A stretch of DNA of 63,432 nt, filler included, from Asterionella formosa (GCA_002256025.1; 16 parts of 16 records of this genome joined end to end with filler, not necessarily neighbours in it); one strand, 5' to 3'; positions 36,002-49,929 are shown, counted from the first letter of the whole stretch. Notes: generated by a model from the sequence alone, not told the origin. Translations and numbers: made by a program.

Positions 36002-36338
36002 GTTTTACTAGTATGCATGACAAACAAATATTGCTTCCTCAATGGAACAATTTTCATTATACCTTCTGGGGTTGCGGACTTGGCAAGAATTGAAATCCAT
36101 TTGTAAATGTTCTCCTTTCTTAACCAGCTCCTCTGATGGAACAATTTTCATTATACCTTCTGGGGTTGCGGACTTGGCAAGAATTGAAATCCATTTGTAA
36201 ATGTTCTCCTTTCTTAACCAGCTCCTCTGAGTTTCTGTTCTTACCATGAACCCAAAAACTGCATCAAACATCTTGATAGATGAGAGGTTCCCTAAATCTT
36301 GATATAGACTGGTAGATACTCCTATGTTGTATTAGGAA
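36002..36338 (-). repeat. Dispersed repeat, homologous to about 51826-52092; host of the MITE and copia insertions
   Basis: Reverse-complement match to the 51.8-52.1 kb region; contains a 94-bp tandem duplication (36043-36230). Resumes at 37096-37134 after the MITE. Confidence 0.8.
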
Positions 36339-37095
36339 CCACTTAAAAACTGTAAGCCACCGTTATTTTACTCCATCTTCCGACTAAAAAATATTCAAGT
36401 AATATAACAATCGAAACCTGATGCAAGTACGAAGTGTATGTTACACGATGCACTCTTTTCTACGAATAAGAAATCAGTTTCGATTCAGGAGTGTATAAAG
36501 CCATGAAGATCTAATTTTTTTTAAGTCATTAAGATTGTTGCATAGCGGTGGCTTACAGTGCATATTTTTCTACACATACATGAGTATATTTTCCCCCCCA
36601 ACCGTGATTATTTTTACTCCGTTTACACTACAGAAACTATTTTCGTATTACTTTACCTTTTTTGCGAGATGCAGTATGCTTTTTGCCCTTGCATCATCAC
36701 CGAATTCTTCTGATGCATAATGTATTCGAAAGCACAATGACGTCTCGTACACACATTCAATAATGCTAAATTAATTCTATGGCAAGAATTTCTCCAAATA
36801 CATATGCACGTGTAGAAAGACGATGCCAGCTCAATAGAGTAAACATGAAATTTTCCATTTTTCGCAATTTCGCGTCGACAGCAACCTTTGGGCCGTAATA
36901 AGTAGTTGACAACTTACACAATGCAACAATACAAGTACGTACGTACTTACTTGCTATATAAATCTGAACAACTTCTTCGTGACAATAATTAACGTATCTT
37001 CCACACTAAGTTCAAACCGTGTGTTTACTCCCTCCGTTTAGCGGTGGCTTACAGTTCAAAAGTCGTCATAGCGGTGGCTTACAGTTTTTAAGTGG
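36339..37095. mobile_element. Non-autonomous Tc1/mariner-type element (MITE), 757 bp, with CCA...TGG termini and TA target
   Basis: TIRs CCACTTAAAAACTGTAAGCCACCG / CGGTGGCTTACAGTTTTTAAGTGG; inner repeats TAGCGGTGGCTTACAG at about 36543 and 37039. Flanks are AA (left) and TA (right). The homologous empty site near 51867 has a single TA. Confidence 0.85.
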
Positions 37096-37134
37096 TATAC
37101 CATGATGTACAACATGTATGTACCCCAATGTAAC

Positions 37135-38023
37135 TGTTGAGGGGAACCTTATCGTGAATAAAGGTGAACTACAATATTATGACTATTCTATTGCTGTTCC
37201 AAGTACATCGTTGTTAGCACTCATGCATGTACCTAATCTGGTGGCTGTGCCGGTATGGTTTGTATGGCGCATGTATGGAGCATCATATGCAGATATTAAC
37301 ACACCCTCACCAACAGATGCAGACAGAAGAACAGGAGCGGGGGTGGAGATGATATCAGCATCGGAAGCCAAGCAGGCATAATAGTTAGGAGGACTAGGGA
37401 GGGATGGAGGGCAATGGAGATAGTGCGGGTGCATCAACATATGATGGGAAGCGGGATGATGTTTAGTGAAATAATCAGCATGATTCAAACTAACTTTTTT
37501 CCAGTAGACAAGAAATTGGCCTTGGCGAAGCTGATCGCGTACCCAGTAATAACGCATATCCATAGCTTTGGAACGTTTTTGTCGGACGGTATCATTGGCA
37601 ATGCCACTGGCAGTGCTATTATCGGTGACAATATGGGTAGAAGGTTGGGGATGACCAAGCATAACAAGAATGTTGCGAATAGCATATGCCTCTTTGCCAT
37701 TGTGGAACAAAGCAGCTAATTCAGCCTCAGCAGCACTTGATACAACCTCCTTAAGAATTTGAAAGTGAACGTAAATAGCACCGTTAAGAGGAGGGATGGA
37801 TGGAGTGAGGCTAGGTGAAGACAAGGGTTTACAGCTGAGAAAGTGAATGCCGGCAGCGCGGGAGCGACCACGTGTTTCAGAGAGATAGGAAGCATTGCTT
37901 TCAACATGGAGGACCATGTCACTGGCAGTAAAGCGAAGTGTGGCCTCAGGATGCGTGGCACAATAATTGAGAAGGTGAGTAATAGCAGTCAAGGTAGCCA
38001 CAGTGGGGGTTGCTTGTTGTGTA
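37135..38023 (-). mobile_element. Ty1/copia (CoDi-type) 3' end: RNase H, PPT and 167-bp LTR (37135-37301)
   Basis: RNase H motifs VSSAAEAELAALF, TDNSTA, SKAMDMRYYWVRD, NHADYFTKHHP. The first catalytic Asp appears as N (ESNASY). PPT GGTGAGGGTG precedes the LTR, which reads TGTTAA...TCAACA on the minus strand. Confidence 0.9.
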
Positions 38024-38123
38024 NNNNNNNNNNNNNNNNNNNNNNNNNNNNNNNNNNNNNNNNNNNNTTAATTAATTAANNNNNNNNNNNNNNNNNNNNN
38101 NNNNNNNNNNNNNNNNNNNNNNN

Positions 38124-40144
38124 AACGCTTTTATTTACAAAGCAGAAAGAGGGAGAAAGTCTACAAGACTACACCAAGAGATTCCGTGTGGCACGTGATG
38201 TGCTCAAGTCACACATGGGAGGACCCATTATCCTCACCAAGTTCGTTGAAGCCATAGATGGATACAACGAGACCGACATCAAGCAACGAGATAAATTTCG
38301 TGAACAAGCTTTCAGTCAATTTATGGCATATTTATATCTCGATAATGCCGACAAGACCAAATACGGATCAATTATGACCGGGCTGAACACTCAACAGTCA
38401 CTCGGCAACGATCAATACCCGAAGAGCATCACCGAATCAAACAATGTTCTCAGCAACCATCGGTTTGACGTAACAAATAAATCTGTCTACAAGAAACCAG
38501 GAGATAATGATAAAGAGAGGAAACAAAAGGATGGAGGCAAGGAAGACGAAGATGTGAACTTATCGTTTGCACAGTTAGAAGGAAAATGTTACTGCTGCGG
38601 AAAAGCAGGTCACAAATCTCCTTCGTGTCGAGACAAGAATAAACCCAAAGAGGAATGGGCAATTAACAAGGCCCAAAGCCATGCACAGGCACAGGCTAAT
38701 ACATCCGACACAAGTACAGTTACCTCTGTTAATTCCAACAACCCACCGTCATCACAAGCTTCACAACAAGCAAATGCCAATCAATTTGGATGGATGGGAG
38801 CTCATATGAAACTACAATTTTACCAAGCATCTGTGATGCGTGACTGGATACTATTGGATAATCAATCAAGTGTCACAGTCTTTTGCAATCCAAAAATGGT
38901 TAATAACATTCGAATGTCAACCAACGGAAGCATGCACCTGGCCATAAATGGTGGATCCATGGTAACTAATATGAAGGCTGATCTTCCAGAATGGGGAGAA
39001 GTATGGTTTAATGAAAAGGCAATCACAAACATCTTCAGTTATGCCGAAATGGCAGATAGGTACAGAATTACCTATGACTCTGAGAAAGAAGATGCATTCA
39101 TTGTTCATTTGCCTGACAAAACAGTTCGATTTGAAAGAATTGGGATGAACTTATATGTTTTCAAGCCAACTACAAGAACGAGAGCGGAGAATGCTCAAAT
39201 GTTAAATACACTTGAAGAAAACAAAACATTTTACACTGAACGTCAATTTCAGAGAGCTAAGCGAGCTCGTGATCTATTTCATGCCTTGGGTACACCATCA
39301 ATTAATGATTTCAAGGCAATAATTCGTATGAATACGATCAACAATAATCCAGTGACTACCGATGATATCAAAATTGCAGAGAAAATTTTTGGGCCTGACA
39401 TCGGAACACTAAAAGGCAAGACAACTCGTCGCAAGCCGCTGCCAGTCGTGAACGACTACATCGAGATTCCTAAGGAGCTTATCCAAGCTCAACGCGAAGT
39501 GACTCTTTGCATGGACGGAATGAAAGTCAATGGACAATCATTTCTCACAACAATTTCTCGAAACATTATGTACAGGACAGCGCAATGGGTCAAGAATCAG
39601 ACAGCTGAAGTCTATCGAGATGCTTTGATTCAAGTATTCCGTGTTTATAATACCGGAGGATTTAAAATTACAACAATCCACTGTGACAACGAGTTTCGAC
39701 CTTTGATGGAACAAATTTCCAATGAATTTCAAGTCACTATGAACTACGCAAACCCACAAGAACATGTTCCCGAAGCGGAGCGAAATAATCGAGTGATTAA
39801 AGAACGCGTGCGCGCAGCTTATCATCGATTACCTTTCAAACATTTGCCGCGACTGATGATTAAGATTCTAGTCACAGAATCTGCAAGGAAACTGAATTTC
39901 TTTCCGGCAAAGAACGGGATATCCCCGTATTACAGTCCTCGTATGATTTTACATCAACGAAACCTGGACTATGCTCGACATTGCCAGTATACATTTGGCA
40001 CTTATGTCCAAGCACATGAAGAACCTGTGTTTTCAAACACAAATGCACCTCGCAGCCTAGATTGCATTTTTCTACGCTACAATGACAATGTGCAAGGAGG
40101 TCATGAATTGTTACACCTACCTACAAATTCATTGATCACTAGAC
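38124..40144 (+). mobile_element. Ty1/copia (CoDi-type) gag-protease-integrase fragment with intact ORF
   Basis: Zn knuckle CYCCGKAGHKSPSC, protease WILLDNQSS, integrase LCMDGM / HCDNEF / EHVPEAERNNRVIKER. Open across the whole contig. Confidence 0.95.
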
Positions 40145-40244
40145 NNNNNNNNNNNNNNNNNNNNNNNNNNNNNNNNNNNNNNNNNNNNTTAATTAATTAA
40201 NNNNNNNNNNNNNNNNNNNNNNNNNNNNNNNNNNNNNNNNNNNN

Positions 40245-42265
40245 CGGGCCAGAGCTTATGCCAAGGCCTCGGGTCTCAAAACCTGGCTTCAGGAATTGGT
40301 CCTAAGACCATTCCGAAGTCAGAAATGGACATGGTGCTCGGGGGTTCCGCGCTGGCTGAAACGCTATGCGCTCCCCCATGCGCCAGTGTCTATTGTGGAG
40401 AGGTACCGGTACTTGGGTGCTGGATGGCAGAGCCTGGAACCAAAGGTACTGGCTGAGGTAGTGAAAGCATGCATCTTGGAGAGAGAGTGTGGGATCCGAC
40501 GGAATTTGACTCGTCCGTCGGGGGCCCGCACAGTGTGGTATGAGGGAGCCGGATTTGACAAGCATCCACTCACACGGTCACGTGTGGGGGGCAGTCCCAA
40601 AGACCAAGCAGGACTGGCTTTGATAGTTCGGTGTCGGATTGGGGCATTTGTAACTGTCCCCACCTTGGTGGGGTGGAAGCGAATGCCTCATAGGTATTTG
40701 AGGAAGTGTCCATTTTGTGGTATGGATGAACCAGAAACGCTGGAACACTTAGTGTTCACGTGTGGTCGGTGGCGTGGTCTACGCACCGAGCCACACATGG
40801 CAGAATTGATCGCGAAAGTTCGGACAATCAGGGTACGAGTGGGGGGTGGCTTGACTGCCCTTTACTCGGACCCCTGCAGACTGTTGCGAGGTGTGCGGCA
40901 GGGTTGCCCTCTTTCGCCTATACTGTTCAACATCTTCATTGATGACTTGGCAGTGGGGACGGAGGAGAGCGGTGCCCTGGTACCAACTGGGGACAGTCGC
41001 ACATGGCGGAACTCCACACTGACAGTGGGATGTACCCTCTTTGCTGATGATGCGGCCGGAATCTGCCCCTCCCTGGAGGCGGCCAAACGGTTCTGTACGC
41101 ACGTTACCAACTGGGTTACAGCTAACGAGATGAGTGTGGGCATAGGGAAGTGCGGGCTGATGGAATTCCTACCGCCAGACCCAGACCCGGCCACCGAACC
41201 GCTTGTCCCTGGACAAGATGTGGCTGGACTGGAACTGGAGGGACTTCCACTCCCTGTTGTGGACAGATATATGTATCTGGGTGTCCTCATGACACCAGGT
41301 CTGTCTATCTTGTCTATGGTGGACCATAGAGTCAAGCAAGGGCGGGCCACAGTTGCCACCTTGGTACCGTTTCTACGGTGCCCGGTGGTACCAATGGCCA
41401 TGCGTTTGCTGACTGTTGCAGGAGTAGTTGCCCCCCGCCTCCTTTTTGGGGCTGAGCTGTATGGTATGAACCGTCACCTTACGGACAAAATGCAGGTTCT
41501 TCTGAACCGATGCCTTAGGGCTAGCATTGGAGCCAGGAGGGCAGGGGATGTGCCATCAGTAGGCCTTTGGAAGGAGGCACGGATGTTGCCAATGTGTGCC
41601 TTGGCGGGTGCCCGACGGGCCAGAGCTTATGCCAAGGCCTCGGGGCTCAAAACCTGGCTTCAGGAATTGGTCCTAAGACCATTCCGAAGTCAGAAATGGA
41701 CATGGTGCTCGGGGGTTCCGCGCTGGCTGAAACGCTATGCGCTCCCCCATGCGCCAGTGTCTATTGTGGAGAGGTACCGGTACTTGGGTGCTGGATGGCA
41801 GAGCCTGGAACCAAAGGTACTGGCTGAGGTAGTGAAAGCATGCATTTTGGAGAGAGAGTGTGGGATCCGACGGAACTTGACTCGTCCGTCGGGGGCCCGC
41901 ACAGTGTGGTATGAGGGAGCCGGATTTGACAAGCATCCACTCACACGGTCACGTGTGGGGGGCAGTCCCAAAGACCAAGCAGGACTGGCTTTGATAGTTC
42001 GGTGTCGGATTGGGGCATTTGTAACTGTCCCCACCTTGGTGGGGTGGAAGCGAATGCCTCATAGGTATTTGAGGAAGTGTCCATTTTGTGGTATGGATGA
42101 ACCAGAAACGCTGGAACACTTAGTGTTCACGTGTGGTCGGTGGCGTGTTCTACGTACCGAGCCACACATGGCAGAATTGATCGCGAAAGTTCGGACGTTA
42201 GGGCCGAATTTCGCCCTCGGTTTTGACCAACAACGGTTGGCATGGCTCCTCGGAGGGAGTTGTGA
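40245..42265 (+). mobile_element. LINE 3' region (RT core LFADD, C-terminal CPFC..HLVFTC zinc finger) with an in-frame 1371-bp tandem junction
   Basis: 40245-40825 repeats at 41616-42196. The RT segment overlaps the copies at 31758 and 33880 (IRVRVGGGLTALYSD...PTGDS). Confidence 0.9.
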
Positions 42266-42802
42266 NNNNNNNNNNNNNNNNNNNNNNNNNNNNNNNNNNN
42301 NNNNNNNNNTTAATTAATTAANNNNNNNNNNNNNNNNNNNNNNNNNNNNNNNNNNNNNNNNNNNNAAAAGGTTTCTTATGCAATCAGATCGCTTAACAAA
42401 CAGCCAGCTGAGTGGACAGTAGTACTAGCACAAACAAAAACAATGGCAATGTGGTACTACAAGCAAGCAGGCGATCTTCCATGATCAACAACGAAACAAC
42501 TTTTACTTACCAGAGTCCATGACACCATGATGCGTGGTGACGCTGCAGTACCATTTGCAATTGCTGTCATGGCCCCACTTCCTCAGCACCATTTGGTTGC
42601 TCCAATTACACAACAAGGCAGATATGATGGGAGGACCACAAGTCTAAGAATGATGCAACAACTACTGCGAAAAAGTACGAGGAGACAGAAACAACAAGAA
42701 TACCATCAGTCTAAAAACAATGCAATAACTCCCCAAAAAATGTAATATTTTCTAACCGCCACCTATAAAAATATCTTAATGTATATTAAAATTTTAATCA
42801 AT

Positions 42803-43001
42803 TGCTTTGAGCCACTTCGACCGTTTTTGTCACTTTTAAAATGGATAGATCTCAGTTAATAAGTCTTCAAGTAAAGAAATGATCTAATTCTCATGTAGCT
42901 TAATGAACTAACTAATCTCGTGCCAAAGGGGATAGAGGAGATCGATTTTAGCAATTTATTGAATTAGTCAGAAAACGATATAATAACGTGGCTCAAAGCC
43001 A
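42803..43001. repeat. About 200-bp element bounded by 12-bp inverted repeats GCTTTGAGCCAC / GTGGCTCAAAGC (solo LTR or MITE)
   Basis: The inverted repeats are read directly and the outer dinucleotides are TG..CA; no TSD recognised. Confidence 0.4.
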
Positions 43002-44879
43002 TGTACAACTGCTACCGGTACCTTTTACCTTGAACCCGTGAATCTACATGCCGGAGTTACGGGGTACTACCGAATTCTACAGAGTGACGAATCTACCGGT
43101 AGCAATTTACCGATGTTGCGTTCCCTGGTAGACAACCGTTGCCGGTAAATGCTACCTACAAGTCGCGGTCATTCGGCAAAAAAAAATTTAATTTAGGATA
43201 AACATAGCTAAAGTTTTAGATACAGCACAATTACAGCAACTTGCTGGTACCTGGTTAACTACCGTTACCTATGTGGCTGCTGTGTGCCAGGTATCTGATA
43301 CCTCTTGCCGGTAGATGTGATTAACAGTACGGTATGCTAGACATTTTCCATTTCTACATCTGTCTCGAAATGCGGTACAAACTGGAACCGGTTGACCAGG
43401 CACTGGAGTACCGGTACCTGGAATCAGGTGCGTACTCCTAGTATACTGGTATTCAGCCAATCCTCCAATCAGGTGCATCGATTTGCAGCGACCAACGTAG
43501 GAGGGTACATCCACCCCATGGACATTCCTGTCGTTGCTGTTTTCATAACCATACTAGACCCGGTAAGCAGGAAAACCTGACGACGATTTGTTGATAATGC
43601 TTGATTACGTCATGTCACGATTCAATCTTAAATTCAGTACTTTTTTTCCTGCTGGGATGATACCGGTAGTTTCTCTTTGAGTCTTGTGCTTGCTTCCTGA
43701 ACTTTGAGACCAGGTACAAGGTAAGCCATGGTACGCTCCGAACACAATTTAATGGAAATAACGAATTACTTCCTGTATGTATGGTTCAGGAAGAAGCACA
43801 AAACCTCCCGACATTCGAGGTCAATATTTTTAGTACATACGTCCTTATCATATCAGAAATATTGCTCAGCCTAATAATGTTACATGGTACCAGGTACCAC
43901 CAAGTGCCGTACCCGGAGCAATACAAAAAGATTTACCGAGTAAAGACAACGGAATATTATGGCTACGGTACTACCGGTATTTTTTTTGTAGTTTGTATGT
44001 ATGCATGTATGGCTGTCATCAGCTCCGTACACTTATGTATTTCTTGCTCAAATGAAAATGTGAGTTCGTGTTCTGCAAAGGCAGGAAAAGTGCCGGCGTC
44101 ATGCTTCTTCCGCCATTTTATGTGTTTTTTTTCAAGTGTTTCTGCTATGATCCACATTCACCATTCTTTCCTGATAGCAAACTGTGACGTGCATTCTTTG
44201 AGTTGACGGCATTCCGAAACAACTCACTGTTGCTCTCACACTTTCACAATTACTCAATCATCACACGCAACAGTTAGGCCAGCCATTATAATGAGCAGCG
44301 ATAAAGACGAAAGCTGCTTGTCTCTGTATGGGCCATATCCATTGGCCATTCCGATTCCCTACGTAAGCAAGGACGAAGCCCCAGGNNNNNNNNNNNNNNN
44401 NNNNNNNNNNNNNNNNNNNNNNNNNNNNNTTAATTAATTAANNNNNNNNNNNNNNNNNNNNNNNNNNNNNNNNNNNNNNNNNNNNCTTGTCATACCGATA
44501 TTTGTTTAAGGTCACTTGTCATACCGATATTTGTTTAAGGTCACACTTGTAGCATCAAAATTTTTCCCTTTGAAGTAAGACTGCGCCAGGTTTTTTCATG
44601 TAGATTGTAGGTTCTGTTGGTACAAAGATGAAGTCATGGCTGCGCCAGGATTTTTGACCCTCTGAATTCATAAAGACAACATTTAACCACCACTGTGCAC
44701 AATATATGTTTTCAACATGGGGACGACCCTTAAAAGCAGCATCCCCTTCTAGCTTTTCAGCGCCTCACCATTAACAAATCCTACATCAGCCAAGAACTCA
44801 CATATTGTTTGTTGAAACAATAGAAGGTGGAATGACACAACATTGAGATCGTAAGCAATCAATGCTTTTAAATGATATT

Positions 44880-45280
44880 TCGTAAAGTGACAAGATTTTA
44901 ATATTATTGGATAATCCTACTACTTTGGATAATCGTGGATGAGGTCCTTATACTATTATTCAAGTACATGCCAATGGTACAGTTACTTTTCAACGCACTA
45001 TGCACATTACAGAACGAATTAATATTCGTCGTATCAAACCTTTTCATAGGTAAAAGGTTTTCCCTCAAGTGTGGGAGAGTGAGCAATCCTGCACATCGAT
45101 ACAGATGTATATAGGGTTAGGGTTATATCAAATATATCGGAATTCAATAATGAGAGAACTCGACTAACACCCATTCTATACTTTGATTTCAGTTCAGGAA
45201 ATGAGTTGTACGTAAGGATTAATTAATAAGCTCATATACCGGTATTCAACAAATACTACTACTTCTAGATAGATACTTCA
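44880..45280 (+). mobile_element. Ty3/Gypsy 3' end: integrase GPY/F tail, PPT and LTR (45080-45280)
   Basis: Reads LLDNPTTLDNRG*GPYTIIQVHANGTVTFQRTMHITERINIRRIKPFHR*, then GTGTGGGAGAG and TGAGC...TTCA, followed by CCAGG. Confidence 0.85.
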
Positions 45281-45719
45281 CCAGGTTCCGGTACCGTAGT
45301 CTACCGGTAGTTTCCTCGGAGCAGTGCACCGGTACATCCTTTCTCTACGGCAGTTTCTTCCGTCATTTGTTCCTGTGTTAATATATATATATATAGGTAT
45401 ATCAATATATATTCTACATGTAGAAAACGCACAGAGTGAATGCCGCGCACCCACCTGGTCAAGTACTCCAGGTAGCGGTAGTACAGGTGTGTATGTAGTA
45501 TAAGCCATCATCATCATCATAATCATCATTTTGATGCTTTCATTGTGTGCCTCACCTCACCTCACCTTGCCTCGCCTCGCCTTTGTTGTTGTCTAAAGCA
45601 AAAGAGAGGATCAACAGCAACTCTGTTGTAGCGCCTCCCATGGAATAAATCAAGTTTGTTTGCGCTCATTCATTCATTCATTCATTCATTGTCGTCATTT
45701 GAGACGTGCACGTCTCAGA

Positions 45720-46504
45720 ATGATATTGCAGCAGCTGATTGTTGTCGGCTATTGTTGTGGTTTGGCATTCTCCACTATTACTACTTCCACAACTACTACT
45801 GAGACTCGTCGAAATGGCATCAATTGGCGCAATCGAGACTACTCACATAATCCAGTCACCATTCGAGAATCCAATTACATTTCGCTTCGAGATGATTCAG
45901 GTATTTCTGCAGCTGTCTGTCATCGCACCTTGTTTGGTAACATTTCACTCGATCCTATCTTTGCCTTTGTCTCCTACTATCGACTGCTTGGATTTGATCA
46001 TGTTTTCTTTTGGTATCGTCCAGAAGTTGCAAAGCTCCAGAGATTTCAACAGCTCCATGATTTACCCTATGTCACCATGACACAGTACGATGGTGGAGGC
46101 AGAGAACATGGACAAGAGATTGTTCATCATTTGTGTTTGAAAAATGACACCTATGCTGGTACTTATGATTGGGCTCTTATTATTGATATTGATGAATATC
46201 TTTGGTTCAAAAAGAAACAATCTATCAAATCATTCATAATGGAATATCAGCTAGTAAGGAACAAGACATATATCTCGTTTGGGAAATGGATGTACACTGT
46301 CAAACATTCTACAACAACATTGGATTCAGGATTTGGATTGGATGAATATCCATATACAATAGCCAAGTCATATTGCCTTTTCAAAAATGACACTTCCAAA
46401 TGGTATGCCATGGGAGCAAGTTACTGTCCTACATTTCAAGGTCGAGCCAAGATATTAATCAAGGTGACACATTATCCAACGTTTTATACTAAATTTCTTA
46501 TTCA
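45720..46504 (+). CDS. Glycosyltransferase family 92/GT-A-like protein (3'-truncated by contig end)
   Basis: N-terminal hydrophobic segment; FVSYYRLLGFDHVFFW, Q....HLCL and YDWALIIDIDEYLW (DxD). Confidence 0.75.
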
Positions 46505-46604
46505 NNNNNNNNNNNNNNNNNNNNNNNNNNNNNNNNNNNNNNNNNNNNTTAATTAATTAANNNNNNNNNNNNNNNNNNNNNNNNNNNNNNNNNNNNNNNN
46601 NNNN

Positions 46605-48623
46605 ACAGCCCTCGAGATTCCGCTTCCACATTTATCCTGGTACCAAGGATCACACACACCACCTTGAGGACAGTGGCCATGAGCGAAATCCCCCGATAGT
46701 TGTTCATATCAGCCAAGTCCCCTTTCTTCGGTATTGAGACGACCAGTGACTCAGCCCATGACTGGGCCACCAGTCCCCTCTCATACGCAAAGTTGAGTAG
46801 GGTTCCTAGTGAGTCCGTCATTGGAGTGGATGGTGGCGGGGTGGGCTCCTCTTCCCGATAGTTTTGAAGGTGGGAAAGTAGGGCCCGTTCCTCCGCCAAA
46901 CATGCCTGTAGCAGTTCAGTGGGTATCCCGTCACCGCCCGGAGCACGATGGCTCTTCATCTTCCTTAGGGCAGTCCAAATATCGGAGGTTGTGAAGGGTT
47001 CGTCCAGCGAACGGATCCCCTCATTTGCCTGTGGTTGCGGGTCAAATTTCTCCCAATATTGGGCCTCCTGGCTATGACCGGTTTCATCTGCTGCTAGAGA
47101 GGCATAGTGTGCTCCCCAGGCCTGATGAATATCAGTCAAAGCTGTCAGCAGGCGTCCATCCGGGCCAAGGACCGGTTGGACACCTGCGATGCTGCTCTTC
47201 TGGCGCCATCCTGCAGTCGCTGAGGCCCACCGCCAATAATGGCGAGGTTTCTCGCGCATATTGACGTGAGCCTCCCTAATTGCCTTATACCATGCCCGCC
47301 TACCCGAGAGGCGGATCACCTTCCGCGCCCTCTCTTTGGCAGCCTTGTACATGTCCCCAAGCCGTGCTACATCTTCACGGTCTCCTCGCGACTCCGCCCT
47401 CCGGGTTTCCCGGAAGATCCTCCTTCGGGTCTCAATCGCCCGACGTACCTGTCCTGTCACTCTTGGTGGGTTTAGTCCCGCCACCCGTTGGTGGAGGTTC
47501 AGGTCCTCTGCCACCTGGTGACATGTTGTAGTGAACTTCTTGGCCATACCATCCAACCTTTCCTGGTGGTAACTGGTGGGGTTTTCAAGTGAATGTGAAC
47601 ACTCGATTACATCCTCCAGGTCCTCTTCCAGCGAGTCAGCTAGTGGCTGCCAATAGTTACTATTAGCCACGGTTACTTTGAGTTCCTTCTCTTCCATCAC
47701 AATCCGCCAGTACAGTGATTCCGGCCGTGGTGGGGCAATCCCCATCTCTGGGATTCTGGTAAGCCCAGGTAGGTCCGCAACAACTGGGAAGTGGTCCGAA
47801 ATATCCCATGTGTCGAGGACCCTGGCAGGGGGGACAGCCGCCACTGTGTCACCACAATATGTGATGAAATCAATGGCAGGTGTTGGCTGTCCCTCCCGCC
47901 GGCTTTGGCGAGTGGAGGCCCCCCCTCGGATGGGTAACACCCGAAAGGGAAGCCGCCACGGTCCCATCAGAATCTGCAGCTCCGTCATCTTCATGTTGAA
48001 GTCCCCCATCATCACAATGGGATCTTCTGGAAACTCCCGATGTAGAGCGTCCAAGGCTCGGGGCAGGGCCCTGAGCACTCGGATGCGATCCGCTCTGCAT
48101 GGGACATAGATTGTTCCCACAAGAATAGGCCTCAAGAGCGTGGCCCCATAGACTCTCGCAAAAGTCCAAAATGGTGTGGCCTTACCAACTGGGGTACAGT
48201 TGAATTTGGTCGACACCAGTATTGCCACACCTCGCTGCGACGCTGTCAGGTCCCCCATTGCTGTGAGGCAATGGTAACCTGGCAAACGAAGCTGCCAATC
48301 CGTTGATCGTAGCAGCGTCTCCTGCACTGCCATAACATCACACCGGGTTTGTTGCAACAGAAACCGAAGATCGGTTTTTTTCCGCTGCAGCCCGTTGATG
48401 TTAAGGGTGCCCACCACCAGTGGTGCCCCAAAGCCATCTGGTGGTATCGTGGGCGTTGGGGATCCGGGTGGGTTTATCTGAGCACCTGCGGCCGCAGGTG
48501 CCAAGCTTGGTCCCACCCTCTCCAAATACGGTATGTGGTGTCGGAAATACCACCCATACCGCGCCTTTCCAGGTTCCATCTTCCCCAAGAATGTAGCAAC
48601 ATAGGCGCTTGTTACCCAAATGT
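46605..48623 (-). mobile_element. LINE copy containing the complete AP-endonuclease domain and the start of RT
   Basis: GTLNINGL, DVMAVQET, GVAILV, GDFN, SDHFPV; same family as 31758 and 33880. Confidence 0.95.
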
Positions 48624-49929
48624 NNNNNNNNNNNNNNNNNNNNNNNNNNNNNNNNNNNNNNNNNNNNTTAATTAATTAANNNNNNNNNNNNNNNNNNNNN
48701 NNNNNNNNNNNNNNNNNNNNNNNACGAGACGAGACGAGCAATTCAATTGACGAAAACTTACATTATTTGTTTGGCATAAAACACTGTTCGTCGTATTCTA
48801 TGAGCAAAACCGTGGCAAAGCAAAAATTGAATAGAGTCAAGGCAAGCAAGAGGCAACCACATCAAATCGAAACGACCACGATTCAAGTTGATATATATGG
48901 ACAATGTACAATAAATAGCTCGAAATACTTCAGTCTAATAGGCTCACCTATTTTATTTCTGCTATATCTATACTGTACTAACCGCTATGGCATTGAACTT
49001 TAGGTCTCTTCTCCAGATTGGCTATGACTGATGATATTTTTGGACTGCTTGTCGATATGTATACGTCATAAGGCTGGTTGCATCAAAATAATAATTATAG
49101 TAGCCCACGTAGCGCTGGTACAAAATGTTATCCTTATCCCTACCGTAGGAAGGAATATCCCGCCGATTTGTTTGCTTCGATCGGCTCACCATGTTGCTCA
49201 ATATCGCCGCCGTTTCCTGTGCAAAAGTGATTCCCCGAAGGCTTTTATATTCTTTTGTATAGTCATGAGTGAAATGCTTTTGGGGAATCACTTTTCACAT
49301 GATATTCAAAAAGTTATAGCAATATCCGTTATGGCCGCCATCAGTGACCCTGCCATTCATGGTGTTTGGTTGCCGGTCGATCAATTCAGGGAACATCTTC
49401 ACGAAAAGTACTCTTTTGGCGATAACATACAATTTAATACTAATGGATTGATAAGGTATCTCAATAAGGTTTTTCCAAATCAATCTTTGGAGTCAAACGA
49501 AGTCACAATTTCCACAGGCAAGAAGGTGATGGTATTTCGACATGAGTATCAAATCAACTATTAGAGAAAGAAGTTACTCTACATACTGCCTTTGATTCAA
49601 ATAGTAAAATTACTATGACTGGTCTAGGAGATGAATTGAATTCAAGGAAAAGGACAAGTGAACAACAAGAAGGAGAAGAAGAAGGCAAAGAAGCAACTAG
49701 TAGACTATTATTGCTAGGGGGGGGGAGTGATGAACCATCAGAACACCATTTGTTAGAGAATTCGAATATGGGGCAAAATCAGAAGGCTACTGGTCCTATC
49801 AACACATGGTATTGCAGCTCGAAGATTGCATTGATGTTCTCAAAGTACTCTACCCTCAATTCGATTTCTTGTTTCTTTTTGATCACTCCTGTGGGCACGA
49901 CCGTCAGAAAGAAGATGGCTTAAATGTGG

